A stretch of 64,000 nt of DNA, taken from assembly GCA_030704615.1 (NCBI GenBank), contig CM060731.1, positions 65,968,001 to 66,032,000 of the forward strand, given 5' to 3'. The position numbers and the translations under genes are program-made. The notes under the pieces are model-generated. The model was not told the DNA's origin and did no database searches. It saw only the letters and a program-made list of their open reading frames with translations. This stretch comes from Takakia lepidozioides. Taxonomy: Eukaryota; Plantae; Bryophyta. Shown here piece after piece: positions 54,177 through 64,000 of the stretch; position 1 is the first letter of the stretch; the number at the start of each line of letters is the position of its first letter.

Positions 54177-55076
54177 TCATGATCCACTGAACACCAAAAA
54201 AACAAATGAGACACTTCTAAATCGAATTTGAAGTACCATGAAGCCACAAATAAAGAATAATTTAGGAATTAAAGAAAAATAAAATTTGAAAGAATTAGCA
54301 TGATCACCAAGGAAAATTTGTATACCAAGATAGTCAGGTTGAAGAAGACGAGGGTGACGAACAGAAGGATCAACATATCTCCCGAACCAAGACCAGTGTG
54401 GATGGTTCCGACCGATGGAAGGTCGCGCTATCTTGATACAGTTTTCACTTACACAGTCCACCACACTCGAAGTTGTAATCATGTTGTGCATGAACGGCCA
54501 AATTGTCTTGATCATACTTAAATTGTTGTGAATTTGATCCTTGGAGGCACTCTCTCTTGTAGATAACACTTTGAAAAGAAGAGGGAAAAATCCTGTATTC
54601 TCTGGGTTCCTCAGTGCTTTGGAAGGCTCATCATCAACTAAGAGAATCTGACCTTGTTTCGCAAAAGGCTTGTTTGCAAGATCTTTGACTAGGTACTTCA
54701 TCCCATACATGATGTAGCTGGACGTAATTGAACAGTGCTCAGCTGATCAAATGAAACAAAATTGTTCCATGATCTCCATTGGAATAAAAGCCTCCAACAT
54801 TTTGAAAAGAACATCCTTTTGGGCGCATGACCAGATAGCGACGTAAAAATTCGCTATCAACAACTTCAGAAAATCGATTACACATGGACGAGGAATTACA
54901 AATGGTGTTTCTGGCACTTGGAGTTTTATGCATCGTCCGGGATATTTAGCTCTCAATAGCTCCAACCCACTTGGAGGAGGTCTGAAGCACAAAAGACCGT
55001 TGACGCTTAGTATGATAAGCATTCGTTTTTTTTGGCCCGAGAGCATTTGGGTAGTTGTGCTCTTGGTGGCGGTCAT
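54177..55076 (-). pseudogene. FCP1/NIF-family HAD phosphatase-like domain, with probable upstream exons to about 57345
   Basis: LIILSVNGLL (degenerate motif I), RPCVIDFL...FYVAIWSCA, KDL, LLVDDEPSKALRNPEN. The two listed ORFs are one frame broken by a TGA at 54749-54747. Confidence 0.8.
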
Positions 55077-56822
55077 CTACATATGAAAACAAAATATCAT
55101 TAGTACTGGTAGAAGAACAAAAAATAAAAATAAAAATAAGAAAGCTTCTTTCGGACGACGGACCCTGTGTCGAAGTGTGCATCTGGACATGACACGTGCA
55201 ATGACAAAGAGAATAAAACTTACATTCTTCAATAAAATATATAAAGATAATTAGAAATGAGAATAATGTGGATTGAGTTAATACCATTTCAGCCTGAGGG
55301 CATAAAGACAACTTAGTCTTTTTGGATTTTGGGAGTAAGGAGGTCGACGAATCAGCTTCCCGACCTCCATCACTTGTGGAGCGCTTCAATTCCGTCCTCC
55401 TTGACATGTTAGGTCTCTCATCTCGAGAAGTACACATTTCAGCACTTGAATTCAATGACTTTGATCTTGTTGATCTGCAAACCGAACTATCTGAAAATCT
55501 TCGAGAAACTCCACTAGAGAATTCTGTTGTAGACCGAGTCACTATGCATGGTGCTTTCTCAGAAATTTGAGAAGATGTTGTAATAAAAGAGCTGTCCCAA
55601 TGTGGATATGATCTAATCCCTCTTGAGATCACGAAACAGTCAGACAGATGCTTGGACATACTCGGCTCAGCAGAAACTTGTACAACGTCCTGTGTCCAAA
55701 ATTCATTTTCAGAACATTACTTTAACCAAAAACACAAAGAACATTTATATAAAATCACCTTGTATATGTTACAATAGTTACCTTCGCTTCCCGTACTCTC
55801 GGCACGGATGAATCCATAAACTGGCTTTGCCTCACAATGAAGTGTGGATACATCCATTCCAAAAGGCTACATTTTGGACCCTTTGTGATTTGTAAATCAA
55901 GTAATGCATCTCCACCAGAGGAACAAGATTTGGGTGGAATACTCTCAATTACGAGTCCTCTTCGTGCGCGTTGATCCATTTTTTCCTTCTCTGGTATCTA
56001 GAATTTAAAAAATAAAAAAAAATAAAAAATAAAAAAAAATCTTCAGCGTCACATGCAACCAATCCAATATGATGAGCTCAATGGGCATGAATTAAAAACA
56101 ATTTCAAATATAGCACCTCCCTTGCGAGATCCGTTGTCGATTGTAAGAAGTAGAGATAACATCGTTGTCTAAAATTGGGGCAACCATTGACGATCGCGGA
56201 AGACCAGTAACAAAGGGCACCGTTTGTACAACCTCCACAGATGATTCCAACAGCGGAGCAATCATTGTCGATTGTGGAAGAACAGTGTCAACTGACACTA
56301 TCTCATTAACCTCTAAAGATTGATCCGAGAGCGGAACAACCTGTGAAATGCATGAGATGTACAAGCTAGAGACAAGACATGTAGATACTTTGGACCCGGG
56401 TCCGAAATGAAGTAAACATAAGATGATGATCGTGGACTAGTGGGAGATGTGGCACATACTCTCTGAAAGAGATTGAGCAGATGACTCGACCTATATCGTC
56501 TAGTCAAAGAATGATTAGATTCATTTACCTTGACTTCAGCATGACTCGGAGAGTGTCACTTTAAGTCCAAATCAAGAATAGAATAAAAAATACTCGGCAA
56601 TCCATCACTACGAAAGCTCTCCACGTCCATATCGATAACATGACCAGAAGTCTTCCTCTCAGCGGAGCAAGGGAGGCTCGACAAGTCTTCAAAATCCTTC
56701 ATCGTCAACATATAGTGAAGCATCATTGTATACATGTCAATTTGAACCGCAATTGTCTGTTTGATAGACCAATGGGAATATAAAATTTGGGGATTGAACA
56801 GTGAGATTGAGTAGACCAACTT

Positions 56823-57754
56823 ATGAACTCAAGATGTTTATAGCACAAGATAATATCCTATCTTTTTTAAATAAATAACAGACCTCCCACTATCTCATGT
56901 AAAAGATACCTAAGTTCACTTAAACAAGAGTACATTGCTATCCAATGGAAGCTTTTGAGTGAACTTGGGTATCTTTTATATTACAAAGTGAGGTGGTTGT
57001 TCTCTTAGGGAGGACGTGGTCAATGTCTATGTAAACCTCTTGCCATGCCAAGTCCTACTACATTTCACTTTCATGACAATGATAGTGATATTATCTAACA
57101 ATGATCCAGACATGCATAGACCTTATCAGAAAACAATACGTGGAAACCTCACGTACAAGACCTACATGAGAATTCAATATAGACCAGTTGGACTTGAATA
57201 CCTCTATGCCCACTTCAGAAGCCACCTCATCATGTGGAAATATATGACCATGACAACTTTGGTCTTCCATGTCCTGTGTGAAAGTTGGGACCAGGTTCTC
57301 TTTAACTTCTCCATGCCAGCCTGCAGACAGTCATGTATGCACACCTAAAAACTGAAACAAGAAAAAGGAACACACTTCGTACATTGTTCTAAGTGTATCA
57401 ACGATGAACTCAAGATGTTTATAGCAATATATAACTAGATAATGGCCATATCTTCTCTAAATAAAGAATGGACCTCCCACTATCGAGCATGTAAAAGATA
57501 CATAAGTTCACTCAAACAATAATATCTTGCTATCCAAATGAAGCTTTTGAGTGAACTTGGGTATCCTTTACATTACAAAGTGAGGTGGTTGTTCTCTTAG
57601 GGAGGATGTGGTCACTGTCCTATGTAAACCTCTTGTCATGCCAAGTCCTACTACACTTCACTCTCATGATAATGATAGTGATATTATCCAACAATGGTTC
57701 AGACTTGCATAGAACTTATTAGAAAATAATACGTGGGAACCTCACGTACAAGAC
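56823..57754. repeat. Two direct repeats of about 340 bp (56823-57161, 57404-57754), each with an internal hairpin
   Basis: ATGAACTCAAGATGTTTATAGCA...CCTCACGTACAAGAC occurs twice. Confidence 0.9.
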
Positions 57755-57759
57755 TTTAC

Positions 57760-58836
57760 TCCGAGGGAAGCTTGGGTCAGGATTATCTCTCTAGCAAGGG
57801 ACATAAGAACAAGCTTCGAAAGGACATTCCCGGAGCATTTATTACGGAGGGTAAGGCTTTGAAGAAGAGCATTGAGGAGAATGATGGGAGAACAAATGCA
57901 ATGAGGACAAATTTTAAGAAGGTTTATTTCATGCGGGGTGTCCAGGAGAAAGCAAGTGACCTCAAGGCGAAACTCTCATATCTCCACAAAGATGAGTTTT
58001 CAAGAGCCTTTGTCTTCGTGAACACTCTTGCGGAGGACGATTCCGTGGTCTGGTCTACCGTGGATTACTCAACAATCCTAAACGCATTTAAATCCAAGCC
58101 AATCAATTGCACTGCCTTTGTATTCATGTCAAACCCAACATCTTCCGCCCATCTCAGATACTACATTAGGAGTGGAGAGGGAGCCAAGAGATTTCTTTGT
58201 GTTCAAGGGTTATATTTCCCTGGTGCGGAGGAGCCGGGCTATAAGTTCTGTTCCTTTGGATTGTCCAACCCTTTCCTCTGTTTAGACTATGTGTTTCCTG
58301 TCACACCCACCGAGTTTGAGCGACCAGAGGAGCATATTGCGCGGTGCCTAAAAACCACACCCATTCAGACCATATTGAGGGGTACAGCTGAGGCCATGAC
58401 AGATTTTGAGCTGAGTTTGAAGACGTATCCTGAAGAGCTGAGAAGCTCCGCTTCTGCTTACATTACCTCTTTGTTCTGTATGACTGGAATGGCAGCTGTC
58501 AATATTTTTGGGGGTCCTGCACTTTCTTGCCATCTCCACGTAAGATTCATGGCCATAATTTGCATATATTGTTGCAATATCCCTAAGAGCACACTATTTG
58601 CTTCCCCATCCATTGTACGCCATTCCTCACTTCAGCTTAATTTTTTAGTATTCACCAGTTCGGACCCTGGTCCGAAGTTAGTAGAGAGTCATCTTGTTCG
58701 ATTTCTGATATTTGCTTGTTTTATGCTCACACATTAATAAGTTGTGTTTATCCCTCAGGCCCTTCAAGTTCGCGTCGCTGACTTCAACCTCAACGACCGG
58801 AAAGACCTCCAAGTTCCGACACTTATTGATACATGA
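57760..58836 (+). CDS. Highly diverged N4/N6 DNA methyltransferase-fold-like protein, probably 5'-truncated and non-catalytic
   Basis: About 260 open codons ending EELRSSASAYITSLFCMTGMAAVNIFGGPALSCHLH, phase-0 intron 58540-58758, then ALQVRVADFNLND. This parallels EKP..L...I..F..GD.VLDPF.GSG...A....R..IG.E. Confidence 0.45.
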
Positions 58837-59653
58837 CAAAGAGATGGGTCCACTCGAAGGGGAACCGAGCTCCGCTGGGAGTCAGCATGGCGTGCGCAAC
58901 CCAGGGATGCCTCGGCGTGAGCCTGGTCGCGTGAGCGCAACTGCGCTCACGCCACGTCACCTTGCGCCAATGCCACATCACGGGGCTCACTCCACGTCAT
59001 CACACTTGAAGACCGCGTCACCACGCGCCCAGAAAGAAGTGGAGTGTATTCCCGCGGATTGGCACCCTTTACTGCGGAAACAAGCTGGACGACATAATAA
59101 AAGACATTGAATAAAGGATGGATGAATGTACAATTGGATGATAAACAGATGGATGAGTGTGAAAAATGAATGTAGATGGATGAATGAGGGATGTATAAGA
59201 GTCAAATGGATGAATGTATAATGGATGTTGAGCAATGACAAAAATTCATGACAGGAAGATGCATGACCAAAACTTTTGACGAATGCACAACGTATATGAA
59301 ATGAGTGTGGAAGGTTTGTGGGGTGGATTAAAGAGTACAGAGGATGAATGTACAATGGATGTTGAACAAAGGAAAAAATTCATGAATGGAGCACGCATGA
59401 ATACACTGTAGATGAATGCACAATGGATATGAGAAGAGTCAGGGAGATTTATGAGATGGATTCATACATATTGCAATTTAAATGAAAGTTGATTCTGTGA
59501 TTATTATTTGTTCTAAAGGAACAACTACGGTGGAGGAAGGGGATTCAACGTTTTCCAGATAGTATGAAAATGAATATTAAAAGAATATAGTTCAGTCTGA
59601 CTCAGAGTCAGTACAATGTATCCCCGCTTCCTCTGCATCTAAGTCTAAGTATT

Positions 59654-61797
59654 TTAGAACACCGGATCCACGCTGGATACACCTACGGCCGGGCAGTAAA
59701 AATTCAGGGGATAGGGACTCGGCCGCGTGAAGTGCCATTGCTTCGGCATAACCAGGAAGCAGAAAATTGGAAAGGGGGCTGTCGAAAACAGACTCGCCAC
59801 AAATGACTGTATGTCCTGAAGATCCACCGCTGCTTTTCCTGAAAGACAGCCTGAAAAAATTATTACTGTAACTTTCATGTTATTGAGAAATTGAGTATGA
59901 CTCCCAAAGTGGGTTTAGCACTTACTCACATGAAAAGTCGTTTTCGACCTGCTTATCTTCGGGATCGTCATCATTTCGAATTTGAATCCGATCAGTCTGT
60001 GTGCCTGAAGTGGAGCCAGACAAAAGGGGGAGGAGCACTGTGTTGTAGAGGTCAGAATCACCCTCATGCCAAAAAGGCTTCTTCTGCCTGCCTTGCATGC
60101 ATGGTAAATTGCTCCTGCACCAGACAGGAGGACATGAACAGTTTGGTAGGGGGGATTTAAGCAAATGGAACTGGCGAAAGAAAATCAATTCGGAAGGGAG
60201 AGAACGAACCTGTGGACACAGAAAGATCGACCACCCGTGCAGAGTGGTGGCTGCATGACTCCAACAGTATTTGCATGAACGCTGGGGAATTTTCCTTTGC
60301 ACCTCTCTAGGGAGTGCCATCTGGTCTCTTCAGGGTCTGACTGGATTGCATGAAGTTGTACAAAATGTCATCGACATGCGGCTCATAGGGGGGTTGACGA
60401 AACAACCCTGGTCAGAAATCTCAAAGCTGCGGATGGAGGATGGTGTCTTGGAGGTGCGAATCCTCCGCAGGCAGATCGCCTCGAACATCCTCGTCTGCCA
60501 AAGATAGCAGGTGAGTGTGGTAAACACAATCTATAGTGGAAGTGTGTACATAGGATATTCAGAACTCAGGCACAAAACAATCATTTTTATCACGAATCGG
60601 TGATGATAGGTGTCGATCACGACAGATTCTACTAGAGTGGAGCTGCAGAGAACATTGAAACTCATCATGAAAGCACAAGCAGAAGGGAGAATACCAGCTG
60701 ACCAGGGAAACCCCCTTTCACAAGGTAGAGGCTGTTCACACAATTCCATGTGCGCAAAACTTCAAACCCTGAAGACTTGAGGTATGATGCCATGCCCGAC
60801 GACTATCATTGTCACATGACTGAAAAAGCAGAAGTGTCCCTGCATCAGAGAGGAAATTATTACAGAACCCGAACACCCAACTCCAGTAGTTGTCCTCGAA
60901 TTTGTTCCAGCTTGGCGTCTTGCCCTTTGGAAGAACTTCTGGCACAGCCTGGCCATCCGGGATGTCGAGAATGACAATGTCAGCCGCATATGTTTTATGC
61001 ACACCGCACACGAAGGTGGGACCTGTGCTCACCTGCAACAGACATGTTTTTTATAAGAACGATGGCAAGAATGTTTTCAAAGAACCAGACTGAAATACTG
61101 CCAATGAAACTTTCAGAGAAAAAAGAAAGAAACTGGAATTCTCACCAGATTGAGGAATGAGATTATGTTGTCCCAGGTAGGCGAAGGCACCCCAGTGTAT
61201 CCTCTCTTTCGACTCTGCATCATCGCCAGCCAACCCTCATTGACAATTTTAATCTCTCCTGCCGAATCAGAACGGAAAAGGTGTGGCTTGGCATCGAACA
61301 CGCACTGAACTGTGCGGGTATATCTTCCAGCAGTGAAGTCCTGCCCACTCTCCATCTCCTTTTCTTTCTCCTTCCCCTTGTCATTTTCCTTCTCTTTGGA
61401 CTTGTCTTTGTCCTTTGGCTTTGCTGGTGAGATGGCTATGACATCAAGAGCCTTGTCTTTTGGTTTGCGGCCCGCCTTCTTTCCCTTCTACGGCGTTCCC
61501 TGAGCATCAGGCTCCTTGGCAGCCAATGTTGCTATGTCTCTTTGGTACTCTTCGTCAGTCAGAGGCGCCAGCATCTCAGCATTATTGTTCAAATATTTCA
61601 TATGCTGTTCTTGAAAGGTTGTGTGCTCTGGTGGGCAGTCAAGGTACCAGCCACAGTCTCTGAAGTGAGAACGACTCCAGTCCTTCAATATCCCTGCAGT
61701 ATACATGGTTGGATCGTTTGCAGGGTCCGACCACATGTCAAGATAATCTGGAATACCGCTCAGGTGATTTCCTTCCATAAGCACATATTTTCGTGTA
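59654..61797 (-). pseudogene. Intron-containing beta-class N4-cytosine/N6-adenine DNA methyltransferase-like gene
   Basis: ADIVILDIPDG (motif IV-like, DIPD at 60966-60955), FLSDAGTLLLF, then DGTP*RGAKENSPAFMQILLESCS...RVVDLSVSTG|AIYHACKAGRRSLFG..EGDSDLY (motif X-I-II-like). Catalytic-before-SAM-binding order is beta class. TAG at 60309-60307 and frameshifts. Confidence 0.72.
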
Positions 61798-61939
61798 CCT
61801 GTTAAACAAAAGATAAATCCCAACCCACCAAAGCGCGAAGTGAGTAAGATACAAGTAGCACAGAATGAAAAAAACATAGAATGAAATGGCTCTGAGAACT
61901 GCTCCAAGGACCTTTTAGGACCACACGACTGCTCCGGAT

Positions 61940-62691
61940 GTGAATGTCGTCAACGCCATTCAAAACATTCCATTCAATGATACTGTAAAAACACCCTAAT
62001 CCACGTGAATGCAAAGTCTCGCTTTGGATTGACACAGACATAGAAGTGAATGTCGTCAACGACAGTCACTTTGGATTTGTGAATACACTGCTAATCAAGC
62101 CTAATGATTTCTCAAAAAAAGCATTATCATTTGATGGAAAACAGAAAGTCGACTAAGGAACCCTCCCCAAAAACTGGTTTCCAATTGACATTCATAACGA
62201 ACATAACACTGAGGACCTCATAATAACAGTGGATGTGAATGGCGTCAATGCCATTCACAAAATTACCAACAAAGAACCATTTAATTAGCTCCCAATCCAT
62301 ATAATTCAAATTGTCGCTGGTGAATGACACAGACATAGAAGTGAATGTCGTCAACGACATTCACTCCGGATCTCTGATAACACAGCTAATCAAGCCTCAA
62401 GATTTCTCACAAGAGGCAAAAGCAATGCAGAACAACTGATTGTCTGCATTGACATTCAGCAAACTGAAGTGAGGAACCCTCACTGTAAAATCTATGGACA
62501 TTACAAAAACTTACATAACTCTAAGGACCTCCCAACAACTCTAGATGTGAATGTCGTCAACGCCATTCAGGGACATTATCAATTCTAATCAGGGACACCA
62601 TAATTACCCCCTAAGCTCCTAATCCAGGTGAATTCAAATTCTCGCTTAAGAGTGACTCAGACAAATAAGTGAATGTCGTCAACGACATTCA
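61940..62691. repeat. Palindrome array C: 6 x GTGAATGTCGT-CA-ACGACATTCAC in three dimeric units of about 300 bp
   Basis: Copies at 61940, 62046, 62235, 62341, 62547, 62669. Confidence 0.93.
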
Positions 62692-62805
62692 ATTTGGATC
62701 TATGATTACAATCCTTATGAAGCCAAATTATTTCCCAAAAAATGCAGTAGAGTTTCCAGTATGATATTGCACCTCTACACAACTCGCATCATGGCCCACT
62801 CTCCT

Positions 62806-63939
62806 CACTACAACAGATGAGCGTTTTATGACTGCACATATGACTATTTTTTCAGTCCTATATGCGTTCATGACTATATCACTCTGCAGTGAAAAAAGCC
62901 CTGTCATAGCGACTAGTCTTTAGGACTGCGTTTTGCAAGTCATAGCCGTGACTGCGTGCGTGGCACCTGGAGTCATGCTGTAGAGAGGATGTAGTCACAA
63001 CTATATGATTTATATATGACTAACTATATGACTACATGTCTACAAAGTATAACTCCATTGGAGAGGCGTCAGAGAGACATATGTAGCACTCCGGATGTGA
63101 CACGTGTCCACATGGACAACATATATGACCCACACGTGGGAAAGAATATCGTATCATATAATGCCACGTTGCCATGATGTAGTCATGAGTATATAACTTC
63201 ATGACTAAAGAGGTTTTTTAATAATATTTTAATTTAATAAATTAAATCATACAATTATAATATTTAGATTATTAATTGAATTAAATTCTCATTAGGTTTC
63301 TAGGAAAATAGAATGGAAGCCATTGTTGTCTTTTTTTATTATTTTTATTTTTGTTAACAAAGAGGGACAGTGGGGGATAGTGGCCTCTAGAACTTTATAG
63401 GTAATGGACATAAAATGTCCTTGGATACAAAGAGGAAAAATAACCTCTGGATAGAGTGCCATAGAGGCTGAAAGATGAAGACACAGCTTCGCGTACCAAG
63501 ACAAGAAAGAGTAGTAATCAGGAAGGCAAGCAAAGAAGGGGGTCTGCATAGAGCTAAAGAGTCTAGCATGAAAAGAGACTGCAGCCAGAAACTACTGCCA
63601 TAACTTGGAAACAGAAAGGCACCGAGCTAAGGAGAAGAACTGAAAATCAGCTAACAATGTCATAAGAAAGTTGGGCCCTAGGCCTAGCCTTCCACTTCCT
63701 AAAAGATCTACAGATGGAGAGACATCCCTGCAGGGGTCGTGCTCTTCAGCTCAAGACCAACCAATTGATCATCTATCCATGCAGGTTTCTTGTAGCTATC
63801 CTTCCATAGGGAATCATATGTAATCTGGAGATTGAAATCCGGCCCTCTTGGATGAATCTGGACCCATGCACTCTATCCCTGCTCCTTCAGCTATCCATGC
63901 CTCTGCACAAATCATGTATATATGTATCATGTATCAAAG

Positions 63940-63994
<55 letters not shown>

Positions 63995-64000
63995 TTACCA
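62806..64000. mobile_element. Probable left end of a CACTA/EnSpm element running out of the window
   Basis: CACTACAACAGA followed by about 15 ATGACTA/TAGTCAT-like subterminal motifs (62828-63208). The other end is not visible. Confidence 0.6.
63944..63991. repeat. (GA)n microsatellite
   Basis: Direct reading. Confidence 0.95.

Overview
Eukaryotic, intron-containing land-plant DNA, probably a non-seed plant (inferred from gene style, not proven). The left half holds two ordinary minus-strand host genes: an INDETERMINATE DOMAIN zinc-finger TF (2603-5130) and SCD1 (DENN + WD40, 14137-31114), whose introns carry decayed antisense gene fragments. From about 31.4 kb the window is a nest of mobile DNA: two tRNA-derived SINEs, a hAT MITE, a 14.2-kb Ty3/gypsy LTR retrotransposon with a 4-bp TSD, two diverged copies of a Mutator-like (GCM-like + DDE + SWIM) transposase, and a CACTA-like end. 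Two things stand out. (1) The Mutator-like family shows no TIRs but has phased arrays of GTYRAC-centred palindromes and a conserved divergent accessory ORF. Its second copy lies next to FCP1/NIF phosphatase-like genes and two convergent, intron-containing genes resembling bacterial beta-class N4/N6 DNA methyltransferases, possibly all within one 15.2-kb unit bounded by a 10-bp direct repeat. (2) The retrotransposon has permuted ends (LTR-A ... PPT-B-TA-A-B), the structure expected if it integrated from a 2-LTR circle. All protein assignments are by-eye motif recognition; no searches were run.
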